A stretch of DNA of 64,000 bases from Flavobacteriales bacterium (GCA_044354975.1 JBIKZA010000001.1:11094-75093), one strand, 5' to 3'. Positions 38,686 through 48,349 are shown, numbered from the stretch's first letter. Numbers and translations are program-made. The notes: a model not told the origin generated them from the letters alone.

Positions 38686-39786
38686 TTACATTCCCAATTT
38701 CACAGCAATTTCTTTTGGAATTGCATCTTTGTGAACAATCATGCAAACCGTTTTGTAACGGAAGTAAGGAACTGAAATGTATTGAAATCCGCCATTGGCA
38801 AGACCTTCAGTACCCCATGAGTTTTTCACTAAGTAGTAGGCATTTCCTTTTTCGTCTTTGCCAGTTCCTGTAATGTGCATGAGGTGATCGTCTGTTGTTT
38901 CGAAACTATCAAACGCTTCTTGTCTTTTAGTTTGATCAATCTTAGGTTCGTTTTGAAACGATTCAACAAAAGCGAATCCCTTTCTCGCATCAAATGTTTT
39001 TTCACTAACGTCTGCGTCCCAAGCAACAGTGAATCCTTTGCTTAAAGCGAAATCTGCAACACGTTGAAATTCGTCGAGCGGAAGGTTGTAATACGCTCTC
39101 TTCGCCCAGTTGTCTGGAACTTCCAATACGAAAGAAGAATAAAAAGGATGGTGTGAAAATGAAGTCAGGCACACATATTCTTTCGCATTGATCTTCATAG
39201 CGTCGCGAAAAGAAGCGGGCGTATATGAGGCCCCATTGTATTTGAATTCCGCTGGAACGACTCCTATCTCGCCATCTAACATGTTATTTACATTTTCTTG
39301 GTATCCACCGGTTGGAGATTGCACAGCGTCATTAACTACGGCTAAAAGTTTTTCGTCTAAAGCCGAATGATCATATTCCTTACTTCCATTCACAAATCCT
39401 GAATACGCTTCTTCGGGAACAATGCCATATTCTTCAATGATTGCAATAACGTCATGACTCAATCCGCCTGGACCGAATTGTTGTTTGCCTTGAAAACGCA
39501 CGTAGCTCTCTGCTTTTTTCGGATACGTCATTCTCACGTTGTACATTTCAGAAAGATCAACAGCCTTATTTCCTTTGCGAATCAATTCAGATTCTATGAA
39601 GGAAGTGGTAGCGAAGCTCCAGCAAGTACTGGTCTGACATTGGTTTTCAACGCTACCGTGCGCATTGTCTTTCACCACGGTGAATTGTTGAGCTGAAGCA
39701 GCCAAAGAGCCTGCTATTACTACGAAAGAAAAAAGAATTGATTTTTTCACGACAAATAATTTTTGGAAAGTTAAGGAGATTGTCAT
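38686..39786 (-). CDS. pepC: C1-family cysteine peptidase (aminopeptidase C / bleomycin hydrolase-like)
   Basis: Catalytic Cys context QCQTSTCWSFATTSF; His and Asn-Ser-Trp-Gly (VKNSWG) near the C-terminus. Exact start uncertain. Confidence 0.8.
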   Translation of the reverse strand: MTISLTFQKLFVVKKSILFSFVVIAGSLAASAQQFTVVKDNAHGSVENQCQTSTCWSFATTSFIESELIRKGNKAVDLSEMYNVRMTYPKKAESYVRFQGKQQFGPGGLSHDVIAIIEEYGIVPEEAYSGFVNGSKEYDHSALDEKLLAVVNDAVQSPTGGYQENVNNMLDGEIGVVPAEFKYNGASYTPASFRDAMKINAKEYVCLTSFSHHPFYSSFVLEVPDNWAKRAYYNLPLDEFQRVADFALSKGFTVAWDADVSEKTFDARKGFAFVESFQNEPKIDQTKRQEAFDSFETTDDHLMHITGTGKDEKGNAYYLVKNSWGTEGLANGGFQYISVPYFRYKTVCMIVHKDAIPKEIAVKLGM

Positions 39787-39806
39787 CTTTGTAAAAACAA
39801 AAACGC

Positions 39807-40775
39807 ATGAAAAATATTGCAGTGGTTTGTGGGGGGTATAGTGGCGAGTCAGTTGTTTCTATGCGCAGCGCGAAGATGGTGATGGAGAATATTGATCGTT
39901 CGAAGTTCGAGCCCACGCAGATTGTGATTGAAGAAAAGCGTTGGTATGCGTTGGTGAACGAAACGGAAGTTGCAGTTGATCGCAATGATTTTTCAATAGT
40001 TGTAGATGGAACGAAAACCACGTTCGACGGGGTGTTCATGATTGTTCATGGTACACCAGGAGAGAATGGATTGCTGCAAGGATATTTCGATACGATTGGA
40101 ATAAAATACACGACAGGCGATGTCTTGAACATGGCGTTAACGTTCAATAAGAAAGCGACTACACGTACATTAGGTGCTATGGGTTATCGCGTTGCGCGTT
40201 CAATTGTTATTCGCAAGGAAGAAGAAATTACAGCAGCGGAAGTGGTTGCGAAAGTGGGTTTGCCTTGTTTCGTCAAACCGAATTGTGGTGGAAGCTCCAT
40301 TGGCACTTCGCGCGTGAATGAAGAGGGCGGAATTATGGAGGCTATTTCTCGCGCAAGAAATGAAGACGAAGACATTATTGTGGAAGAATTTATATCTGGA
40401 AGGGAAGTCACTTGTGGCGTTATTGTTATGAATGGAAAGCCAACGGCCTTGCCTGTTACAGAGATTGTAAGCGAGACGGAGTTTTTCGATTATCAAGCGA
40501 AGTACGAAGGGAAGAGCAAGGAGATTACTCCCGCTCCAATTAGTGAATTTCACTACGCGCGTGTTCAGGAATTGTCTGCTCGTATTTACACCGATTTAAA
40601 TTGTGGCGGAATGATCCGCGTAGACTTCTTGTTACCCGACGAAGAACCTTCTGTAATTGAAGTGAACACCGTACCTGGTTTCAGCGCAGCCTCTATTATT
40701 CCTCAGCAAGCCGCGGTTATTGGAATGAGTAAGATGGAGTTGATATCAACCGTACTGGCTTCAATCACTTTGTGA
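39807..40775 (+). CDS. ddl: D-alanine--D-alanine ligase
   Basis: 322 aa ATP-grasp protein; GGYSGESVVS, HGTPGENG and NTVPGF motifs. Confidence 0.93.
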   Translation: MKNIAVVCGGYSGESVVSMRSAKMVMENIDRSKFEPTQIVIEEKRWYALVNETEVAVDRNDFSIVVDGTKTTFDGVFMIVHGTPGENGLLQGYFDTIGIKYTTGDVLNMALTFNKKATTRTLGAMGYRVARSIVIRKEEEITAAEVVAKVGLPCFVKPNCGGSSIGTSRVNEEGGIMEAISRARNEDEDIIVEEFISGREVTCGVIVMNGKPTALPVTEIVSETEFFDYQAKYEGKSKEITPAPISEFHYARVQELSARIYTDLNCGGMIRVDFLLPDEEPSVIEVNTVPGFSAASIIPQQAAVIGMSKMELISTVLASITL

Positions 40776-40931
40776 TCAATCATCTTCGATGATCAATCTG
40801 ACTTGGTCAGATCAATCACTGCGTGATCAATTGCTCTGCAATCAATCCTACGGAGTAATCGGAACGATTGATCGCAACGCGATTGATTCGAAGAATTGAT
40901 CTGACGAAGTCAGATTCAGAAGTACTGATTC
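40761..40931. repeat. mini-hairpin array, ATCAAT linker (6 plus-oriented units, then about 6 inverted ATTGAT units)
   Basis: tcaat|cac-ttt-gtg|atcaat|catc-ttc-gatg|atcaat|ctgac-ttg-gtcag|atcaat|cac-tgc-gtg|atcaat|tgc-tct-gca|.. then tcg-gaa-cga|ttgat|cgc-aac-gcg|attgat|..|ctgac-gaa-gtcag|att|cag-aagta-ctg. The outer units lie inside the last codons of ddl and glyQS. Confidence 0.88.
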
Positions 40932-42445
40932 AACGCCACAACCTTCCTAACCGCTTCATGCAAGTCTGCAATTGGAATACGCTCCTGTTGCATGCTGTCT
41001 CTGTGACGAATGGTAACGCAGTTGTCTTCCAAGGTTTCGTTGTCTACCGTTACACAAATAGGAGTTCCAATGGCGTCTTGTCTTCTGTATCTGCGACCAA
41101 TGGCGTCTTTGTCGTCGTATTGCAAGTTGAAGTCTAACTTCAATAGATCTACAATTTCTTTTGCTTTTTCAGGAAGCCCGTCTTTCTTCACCAATGGCAA
41201 TACCGCCACTTTCACAGGTGCCAAGGCCGCTGGAATGCGAAGAACCGTGCGCTCACTTCCATCTTCCAACTTCTCTTCCACAAATGAACTCGACAAAACA
41301 GCCAAGAACATGCGGTCTAATCCGATAGAGGTTTCAATGACATACGGAACAAAACTCTCGTTCGTTTCCGGATCGAAATAACGCAATTTCTTCCCACTGA
41401 ATTCTTCGTGTTTTTTCAAATCGAAATCAGTACGAGAATGTATTCCTTCCAACTCTTTGAATCCCATTGGGAAGTTGAACTCAATGTCGCAAGCCGCATT
41501 GGCGTAGTGCGCCAGCTTCAAGTGGTCGTGGAACTTGTAATTTCCTTCACCCAACCCTAGAGCATTGTGCCATTTAATACGCTCGTTCTTCCAGTAGTTG
41601 TACCACTCCATTTCAGTACCCGGCTTCACAAAATATTGCATTTCCATTTGTTCGAATTCACGCATGCGGAAAATAAACTGACGTGCAATAATTTCATTGC
41701 GAAATGCTTTTCCAATTTGTGCAATTCCGAATGGAAGTTTCATTCTTCCCGTCTTTTGAACGTTCAAGAAATTCACGAAAATTCCTTGCGCTGTTTCCGG
41801 ACGTAAATAAATAATTCCAGCTTCGCCGCTAACTGCACCGAGTTCTGTTTTGAACATGAGGTTAAACTGACGAACATCTGTCCAGTTGCGCGATCCAGTC
41901 TCTGGATCTGCAATTTCACAGTCTTCAATCAATTGCTTCAATCCTTCTAAATCACTCGCTTCCAACGCCACTTTCATGCGCGTTTTCACAGCATCTATTT
42001 TCTCTTGTGCACGAAGTACATTCGGATTCGTTGCACGGAATTGCTCTTCGTCGAATGCATCGCCAAAACGACTTTTCGCTTTCTCTATTTCTTTGGTGAT
42101 TTTCGCTTCGCTTTTCGCCATGTAGTCTTCCAACAACACGTCTGCACGGTAGCGTTTCTTACTGTCTTTGTTGTCAATCAACGGATCGTTGAAAGCATCT
42201 ACGTGTCCGCTTGCTTTCCATGTGGTCGGATGCATGAAGATCGAAGCATCAATTCCCACAATGTTCTGGTGCATGCGCGTCATAGCGGTCCACCAGTAGT
42301 TCTTGATGTTGTTTTTCATTTCAACACCCAACTGACCGTAGTCGTAGGCAGCCGAAAGGCCATCGTAAATTTCAGAGGAAGGAAATACAAATCCGTATTC
42401 CTTTGCGTGCGAGATTACCGCTTTTAATTTGTCTTCTTGTGCCAT
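40916..42445 (-). CDS. glyQS: glycine--tRNA ligase (dimeric class II)
   Basis: Starts MAQEDKLKAVISHAKEYGFVFPSSEIYDGL; class II motifs and an anticodon-binding C-terminus. ORF-track start 42538 rejected. Confidence 0.95.
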   Translation of the reverse strand: MAQEDKLKAVISHAKEYGFVFPSSEIYDGLSAAYDYGQLGVEMKNNIKNYWWTAMTRMHQNIVGIDASIFMHPTTWKASGHVDAFNDPLIDNKDSKKRYRADVLLEDYMAKSEAKITKEIEKAKSRFGDAFDEEQFRATNPNVLRAQEKIDAVKTRMKVALEASDLEGLKQLIEDCEIADPETGSRNWTDVRQFNLMFKTELGAVSGEAGIIYLRPETAQGIFVNFLNVQKTGRMKLPFGIAQIGKAFRNEIIARQFIFRMREFEQMEMQYFVKPGTEMEWYNYWKNERIKWHNALGLGEGNYKFHDHLKLAHYANAACDIEFNFPMGFKELEGIHSRTDFDLKKHEEFSGKKLRYFDPETNESFVPYVIETSIGLDRMFLAVLSSSFVEEKLEDGSERTVLRIPAALAPVKVAVLPLVKKDGLPEKAKEIVDLLKLDFNLQYDDKDAIGRRYRRQDAIGTPICVTVDNETLEDNCVTIRHRDSMQQERIPIADLHEAVRKVVALNQYF

Positions 42446-42467
42446 AACGGCTGCAAAGATAGGACTA

Positions 42468-43154
42468 TTAAATTCTTTCGAGAAGTGCTTCGAAGATTTC
42501 TCTTCCGTCGGTGTTTTCCAATTCGAAATCGGCTGCACGCTCCGGGTGAGGCATCATTCCAAACACATTTTTACCTGCATTGCAAATACCCGCGATGTTG
42601 TTCAACGAGCCATTCGGATTGAAGTCTTCATTTACCACACCGTCTGCAGAGCAATAGCGGAATAACACTTGATCATTGTCTTCGATTTGCTTCAACACAT
42701 CGGCTGGAGCAAAGAAGTTTCCTTCTCCGTGAGCAATTGGAATTTGAAATGCTTTTTCGCGATCCAATCCGGCGGTTAAAACCGCGCTGGTTGAAGCCGC
42801 TTTTAAGTGAACATTTTTACAAATAAATTTTCTAGTAGTGTTGTGCAACAAGGCTCCTGGAAGCAATTTCGCTTCCGTTAAAATTTGAAATCCGTTGCAA
42901 ATTCCCATCACATATCCACCGCGATTTGCGTGTGCTACTACTTCTTCCATAATTGGAGAAAAGCGCGCAATGGCTCCGCTGCGTAGGTAATCGCCGTAGC
43001 TGAATCCGCCAGGAACAAACACGAAATCGCAACCTTGAAGGTCGCGGTCTTTGTGCCAAAGTTTTACCACTTCTTGTCCCATGATGTGCGACATGGAATA
43101 CACCAAATCTTCATCACAATTGCTACCTGGAAAAACTACGACACCAAATTTCAT
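42468..43154 (-). CDS. purQ: phosphoribosylformylglycinamidine synthase subunit PurQ (glutaminase)
   Basis: Starts MKFGVVVFPGSNCD; nucleophile context GICNGFQ; HPER near the C-terminus. Confidence 0.93.
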   Translation of the reverse strand: MKFGVVVFPGSNCDEDLVYSMSHIMGQEVVKLWHKDRDLQGCDFVFVPGGFSYGDYLRSGAIARFSPIMEEVVAHANRGGYVMGICNGFQILTEAKLLPGALLHNTTRKFICKNVHLKAASTSAVLTAGLDREKAFQIPIAHGEGNFFAPADVLKQIEDNDQVLFRYCSADGVVNEDFNPNGSLNNIAGICNAGKNVFGMMPHPERAADFELENTDGREIFEALLERI

Positions 43155-43169
43155 AGAAGAGAATTTTTG

Positions 43170-43177
43170 CAAAAGTA
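43170..43177 (-). promoter_or_regulatory. candidate -7 promoter box (TACTTTTG) upstream of purQ
   Basis: Exact TAnnTTTG match on the minus strand, 15 nt from the ATG. Confidence 0.3.
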
Positions 43178-43188
43178 AGCTAAACTTT

Positions 43189-44193
43189 TCACCACTGAAA
43201 CACAGGAATGAGTTGTGTTTGTTCAATCAATATCCAAAGGCTTATAGCCACTGAGATGTAAAAGAATGCTGGAGCGAAAAGCGAGACGCGATAATTGGAA
43301 TACCAGTAGGAAAGACATAAAATAAGTCCGAGTCCAACCCCTTCAATAATAAGCTGATTCAAGAATAGCCATCCAGCTGTTACCGAACCAAGCATGGCGA
43401 AGCACATGAAGACAATGATCCATTTCGAGTTTCGGTTTTTGTTGGTGTTTCGGTCGCCGGAAGCAATAAGAGACAGCATAGAGAGCAGTAACGACAAGGC
43501 GCACAGGGCGTAGAATGATAATTTCGAGTAGGAATGAATCATCCAATTGTCTTGCGAATTCAGACTAATAATGCGCTTGAACAAATAGAAATTCCAATTA
43601 TCCATAAACAAATACTGCATGGAAAAGCAATACATGATAGGGAATACAAATCCAGCCAAGGGCATAATGTATTCTCTAAAATTATATCCTCTGGTGAAGA
43701 TTACTGCAACAAGCAGCATCGGGAACAAAGTCAGATACAACGGGAAACAAAGCGCAGCTAATCCGAACCAAAATCCAGCACGGAAGTACGGGTCTAGCGC
43801 CGTTTTTTGTCGGTACACTTCCAACAAACGATTCGCTCCCATGGTTAAAAAAATCTGCGCGAAGAGAAAAGTAATGCTATGATTGAGAAGGAAAATAACA
43901 ACGAAAAGATTCGAGAAAACAAGCGCTGGGACGTAGGTTGGACCGTTGTGTAGCTCGTGTCTGTTGTACACCCAATTGAATAATATGGCACCCAAGGTTA
44001 TCACAACCCACGCAATACCTGCACCCAGCCAAGGAGTGAGGACACATTCCAGATTAATAATATCGAAGGGAAACTGCTGCGGCACCTCAGGAATAACATA
44101 TCCGCAAAGGCACGGCACGAAAACCAGAAGGTTTAGGAATGGCAATACAAACAGAAGGTAAGGTTGATTGCTTGAAAATTGCCGTAGGATCAT
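43189..44193 (-). CDS. hypothetical polytopic membrane protein
   Basis: 334 aa with about 9-10 hydrophobic helices; no catalytic motif recognised. Confidence 0.6.
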   Translation of the reverse strand: MILRQFSSNQPYLLFVLPFLNLLVFVPCLCGYVIPEVPQQFPFDIINLECVLTPWLGAGIAWVVITLGAILFNWVYNRHELHNGPTYVPALVFSNLFVVIFLLNHSITFLFAQIFLTMGANRLLEVYRQKTALDPYFRAGFWFGLAALCFPLYLTLFPMLLVAVIFTRGYNFREYIMPLAGFVFPIMYCFSMQYLFMDNWNFYLFKRIISLNSQDNWMIHSYSKLSFYALCALSLLLSMLSLIASGDRNTNKNRNSKWIIVFMCFAMLGSVTAGWLFLNQLIIEGVGLGLILCLSYWYSNYRVSLFAPAFFYISVAISLWILIEQTQLIPVFQW

Positions 44194-44276
44194 GGATTTG
44201 TTATTGCAGCAAAATTGAGGCGAAATGTTCCATATTCAAAAGGATTGCTTAAATTCGCCATGAAAATAATTCAATC

Positions 44277-44465
44277 ATGAACTTACAAACTATCCTTGCA
44301 CCAATCGTAGACATTTCACAATGGTTCTTCCGTAACGTTATGGAGCCACTTGGAAACACCTTCAGTATCATTTGTATTTGCGGTGCGTTCTTCGGAATTT
44401 ACTTGTGGATTAGCATGCAGAAGCGTTTCACAGCCGAAGCAAAAAAGAACGGTACAATAATCTAA
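44277..44465 (+). CDS. hypothetical small membrane protein
   Basis: 62 aa with a single TM (FSIICICGAFFGIYLWI). Confidence 0.4.
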   Translation: MNLQTILAPIVDISQWFFRNVMEPLGNTFSIICICGAFFGIYLWISMQKRFTAEAKKNGTII

Positions 44466-44471
44466 GAAATA

Positions 44472-45479
44472 TTGGCTTCGGCCCACCTAAACATATTGAA
44501 ACCCCGCTGGTTCGAGAATTTTCGAATCGTTGGGGTTTTTCTTTTTCTTTTTTTTCTAGTTGGAAGTGGATCGTTCGCGCAGTTGGAAAATCGTTTGGGT
44601 TATTTCGAATTGGATCAAACACTGCAGACTACCACGGGCGAATTATCTGGAACGCTTACGGTTCCCATCTTGAAGGGAACCTTTCCGGTTGCCTTGATCA
44701 TAGCGGGTTCCGGACCTACAGACCGCAACGGGAACAACGCGCAAATGAAAAACAATTCATTGCTCCTTTTGGCGCATGAACTCGCTGCGCAAGGAATTGC
44801 ATCGCTTCGTTACGACAAGCGGGGCATTGGGAAGAGTGCTTCAGCAATGATCTCCGAAGAACAATTGCGTTTCGAGAATTATGTGGAAGATGCGAAGGCT
44901 TGGTCTGCTCAATTGAAAACCGATCCTCGTTTTGGAAAGCTCATTGTTATTGGACACAGCGAAGGATCGCTTGTTGGAATACTGGCCTGCGAGCAAGCCG
45001 ATGTTTTTGTTTCGCTAGCAGGCGCAGGAAGGTCCATTGATGTTATATTGAAGGAACAACTTGCTGTTCAGTTGAAAGGAAAGAAGAAACTTCTCCGCGC
45101 AGCGAATGAGGGCCTTTCGAAGCTCAAAGAAGGCAAGTTGGTTGAAAACACACCGGCAGAGTTGTTTGGCTTGTTTAGCCCCTCTGTTCAGCCTTACATG
45201 ATGTCTTGGATGAAATATGATCCGGCGGTTGAAATTTCGAAATTGAAAATTCCGATTGTCATTGTCCAAGGCACTACCGACCTTCAGGTTCAAGTGAAAG
45301 ACGCTGAATTGCTTCATGCCGCTTCCGTAGGTTCTCGATACATTTTAATTGAAGGCATGAATCACATTTTCAAAATGGCTCCTTCAGATCGAGAGAAAAA
45401 TATTGAGACGTATAGCAAGCCGGAATTACCAATTGTACAAGAATTGATTCGGGCAATATGTAATTCTGTTCAGGGCTGA
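44472..45479 (+). CDS. alpha/beta hydrolase
   Basis: Signal/TM segment, nucleophile elbow VIGHSEGS and C-terminal GMNH. The TTG start is uncertain. Confidence 0.75.
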   Translation: MASAHLNILKPRWFENFRIVGVFLFLFFLVGSGSFAQLENRLGYFELDQTLQTTTGELSGTLTVPILKGTFPVALIIAGSGPTDRNGNNAQMKNNSLLLLAHELAAQGIASLRYDKRGIGKSASAMISEEQLRFENYVEDAKAWSAQLKTDPRFGKLIVIGHSEGSLVGILACEQADVFVSLAGAGRSIDVILKEQLAVQLKGKKKLLRAANEGLSKLKEGKLVENTPAELFGLFSPSVQPYMMSWMKYDPAVEISKLKIPIVIVQGTTDLQVQVKDAELLHAASVGSRYILIEGMNHIFKMAPSDREKNIETYSKPELPIVQELIRAICNSVQG

Positions 45480-45491
45480 ATGAAAAAACAC

Positions 45492-47315
45492 TTATTTATC
45501 GGAAATTTTTACAATACGCCTGGGGTTTGAATTTGAGACGATTGAGAAAAAATAAACACCATCAGTCAGGTTTTGCAATTCAAATGTGTTGCTAAGCGTT
45601 TGAATAACTCCAGACTTAACGGCTCTTCCCGCGGAGTCGCGAATGAAAAAAGACTTGCCTAGGTCACCCATTGTGACATTAACAGCTAGATTATCATTGA
45701 ACGGATTAGGGTACAAGGAGAAGGTGGCTGAGGGGTCGTCTTCAATTTCGATTGTGCTCGTTAGCGTCAAGGTTGTTATGAGATTGCAACCGTCGGCGCT
45801 CTTTTCGGTGAACGTATAAATTCCCGGAGACAAAAGGGTGTCTCCATTAAATATATATGGGAATACAGCGGTTGAAACATTTACACTTGTTGAAGAGCTG
45901 AAATTGAGGGTCAAATCAAGATGAATTACAGAGTCGCAACCTAAATTATTTGTGGTAACAAATACAGCGGTGTTGTTAGATGTGATGTAGGTGACCCCAT
46001 CTATCCACGTATAACTGTCGCAAGCAGAGAGACTGTCTATACTTGTTTGGGGAAGTATGACGGTAAGATAAAGCGTGTCAACAACGTTAAGCGGCGTTGT
46101 ATATGTGTACACTCCAGAACTTTGGTAATTCTGCCCATTCCACAAATAAGGAAGTGTATTAGAGCAAATTGAATCATAGGTTGTTAATGGGAGACCCGAA
46201 CAATTAACTAGGTTAAGTATGTTTGAATTTAGCAAAAGTCCATTACCGAGGTTCCCCGCCCCATTAGCCCCGCATGCCCAAATGCTATTATCGTTTTTTA
46301 AAGTAACCGAACGTAAAAAACTGGCACTAATAGAAGTCCATAAACTACCGACCCCGAGACTAACGGGGATGTTAGAATCTGTGTTCGTTCCGTTTCCGAG
46401 CTCACCCGCTGGGTTTCTGCCCCAAGACCACATACTACCGTCGTTTCTCAACCCAAGAGAATGCTGATAACCGGCACTTATTTTAGACCAATTCGATACC
46501 CCGGGAATTTGAACAGGGATAAAACTGTCCGTGTTGGTACCGTCACCAAACTGCCCATACAGATTACTTCCCCATGCCCACAATGTCCCGTCGTTTTTGA
46601 CAGCCATACAATGAAACACCCCAGAGGCAATGTCGGTCCAGACACCTGACAAGATTTGAGTTGGAGTATTAACAGGTCCAAAAAAGATCGGAGAAATAGC
46701 TTGCTGACCCTCCAAATTTATACCCCAAGACCAAACGGACCCATCATTTTTTATAGCAAGAGAATGGTAACCCCCTCCGTTGATTTTAAACCAATCTACG
46801 GCATTGCCTATTTGCGTCGGGATTGTTTTCGTTATGAAGGTGCCGTCTCCTAATTCTCCACTTAAGTTATTGCCCCATGCCCACAATTCGTTATTTACCG
46901 TGAGAGCCAAACTATGATATAATCCAGGGCTTGCATTTAACCAATTTGTTGCTGATCCTATTTGAACAGGAATGTTTTTATTGATCAACGTCCCATCACC
47001 AAGCTGTCCCGAGGTGTTTTGACCCCATGCCCAAAGCGTTCCGTCAGTTTTAATAGCAACGGAGTGATGATAGCCAGCACTTATGCTAGCCCAATTGTTT
47101 CCAACACCAATTTGAATAGGGGTATACTTGTCGATCAATGTTCCATCGCCCAATTGCCCGTATTGATTACTTCCCCATGCCCACAATGTCCCATCATTTT
47201 TTATAGCCAATGAGAAAAAACCACCAGAGGTCAGACTTTGCCAACATTGGCAATTCCCGGTTAAAGGAAGTGTTAAGCCGCAAATTAAGAGCAGCGAAAA
47301 AACAAATTTACCCAT
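45492..47315 (-). CDS. RCC1-repeat (beta-propeller) secreted protein with T9SS C-terminal sorting domain
   Basis: Signal peptide, about 7 repeats of ..DGT(L/V)W(A/S)WG.N..GQLGDGT.., and a Por tail FSLYPNPFNDNL.. Confidence 0.85.
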   Translation of the reverse strand: MGKFVFSLLLICGLTLPLTGNCQCWQSLTSGGFFSLAIKNDGTLWAWGSNQYGQLGDGTLIDKYTPIQIGVGNNWASISAGYHHSVAIKTDGTLWAWGQNTSGQLGDGTLINKNIPVQIGSATNWLNASPGLYHSLALTVNNELWAWGNNLSGELGDGTFITKTIPTQIGNAVDWFKINGGGYHSLAIKNDGSVWSWGINLEGQQAISPIFFGPVNTPTQILSGVWTDIASGVFHCMAVKNDGTLWAWGSNLYGQFGDGTNTDSFIPVQIPGVSNWSKISAGYQHSLGLRNDGSMWSWGRNPAGELGNGTNTDSNIPVSLGVGSLWTSISASFLRSVTLKNDNSIWACGANGAGNLGNGLLLNSNILNLVNCSGLPLTTYDSICSNTLPYLWNGQNYQSSGVYTYTTPLNVVDTLYLTVILPQTSIDSLSACDSYTWIDGVTYITSNNTAVFVTTNNLGCDSVIHLDLTLNFSSSTSVNVSTAVFPYIFNGDTLLSPGIYTFTEKSADGCNLITTLTLTSTIEIEDDPSATFSLYPNPFNDNLAVNVTMGDLGKSFFIRDSAGRAVKSGVIQTLSNTFELQNLTDGVYFFSIVSNSNPRRIVKISDK

Positions 47316-47324
47316 GAGACTAAG

Positions 47325-47798
47325 TTATGAAATCTTTCTTTCGTTGGGAGACATTTTCTCCAACCCCTGAAAGAAATTGCGAATCACCTGATTGTTGCAT
47401 TCGACATACTGTCGTTGCGTGGGGCTGCGAAAGAAAGCACTGAGTTCGTGCTTGCTCATTTTCATTTCGGCAAGCGACAAGATTTGAATAATATCCTCGT
47501 CAATTAAATTCAGCGCTATGCGCATCTTTCGGAAGATGAGATTATTCGTCAAGCGTTTCTCTGGAACCGGCAACGGACCGTCTTTTCGTCCGCGTTTATG
47601 AATGATAAATCCGTTTAGAAAAATGGAAAGCATCTCATCATTAATATCGAGATACTCTTCGTGATCTTCTTTCTTCAACCAATCACTCACATCGGATCGA
47701 GTAACCATAACATCTGTCAAAGCGAAAATGTCTATCATCTGCTGATCAGAGAAGTCATAAATAAATCGAATGCGACGGAAGATGCTGTTGTTGGTCAT
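47325..47798 (-). CDS. DUF1456 (YehS-like) protein
   Basis: 157 aa; two tandem halves resembling E. coli YehS (..NSIFRRIRFIYDF.. / ..NNLIFRKMRIALNL..). Confidence 0.8.
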   Translation of the reverse strand: MTNNSIFRRIRFIYDFSDQQMIDIFALTDVMVTRSDVSDWLKKEDHEEYLDINDEMLSIFLNGFIIHKRGRKDGPLPVPEKRLTNNLIFRKMRIALNLIDEDIIQILSLAEMKMSKHELSAFFRSPTQRQYVECNNQVIRNFFQGLEKMSPNERKIS

Positions 47799-47831
47799 GA
47801 GGTTAATTATTGTTCTGCGAACTTACAAACA

Positions 47832-47996
47832 GAATGCGTTGCGAAGGCGAATGGCTTTGCGAAGGCAACAAGCATTGCGAGGGTGAATTCTTCACGAGGG
47901 TCCTTCGGACGAGGGTTGCAAGCAACGAGGGTCTTCGACTTTCGCAATTACGCATCCCGATAGCTATCGGGAGGAATAAAGCCGAAGGTTTTCAAT
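47832..47996. repeat. mini-hairpin array, GAAG/GAGG linker (plus-oriented) followed by inverted GGAAT-type units
   Basis: gagg|gtgaa-ttc-ttcac|gagg|gtcc-ttc-ggac|gagg|gttgc-aa-gcaac|gagg|gtc-ttc-gac| then cccgatagctatcggg and aaagcc-gaa-ggtttt. Confidence 0.85.
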
Positions 47997-48147
47997 CAGG
48001 GAGTCTGTCGTATTCTTCTAAAATTTCTCTACTTGACTCGGATACCAACTGCGATTCATTCACCAATTGATTTCGCAAGCTATCTCGATTGCGATTCTCT
48101 TTTTCCAAAAAAACGTGGTTGTTAAGTTTTCGAGAACGATTTTTCAT
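47992..48147 (-). CDS. possible small ORF (51 aa), hypothetical
   Basis: ATG..TGA read by hand (MKNRSRKLNNHVFLEKENRNRD..EEYDRLPD). Its stop lies inside an inverted array unit, as at the other arrays. Below the ORF-track cut-off. Confidence 0.25.
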   Translation of the reverse strand: MKNRSRKLNNHVFLEKENRNRDSLRNQLVNESQLVSESSREILEEYDRLPD

Positions 48148-48189
48148 GGAACAAAAATAAGATTTGCTAGTGAACTTTGTTATTGGATA

Positions 48190-48252
48190 ATCATAAAATA
48201 GGAATTACGAATCCCGATAGCCATCGGGAGGAATAAAGCCGGAGGTTTTCAA
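48190..48252 (-). repeat. isolated copy of the GGAAT-type unit pair
   Basis: ggaattacgaatcccgatagccatcgggaggaataaagccggaggtttt is near-identical to 47945-47995. Confidence 0.8.
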
Positions 48253-48349
48253 AGTTATGCGTAATAATCTCAACAATAACAGTCATTACAGAAGATTCAA
48301 CGCATAAGCGTTTCTTGACTTCCTCAAGACTTATTCTTCTTTTTGCTGG

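Noticed and set aside
39653-40039. 128-aa minus-strand ORF spanning the pepC start and the ddl start
   Set aside because: It overlaps two confident genes on both strands and has no family features.
47661-48070. ORFs 47661..47963 + and 47810..48070 +
   Set aside because: They run through the GAAG/GAGG array and antisense to the DUF1456 gene, with repetitive, low-complexity translation.
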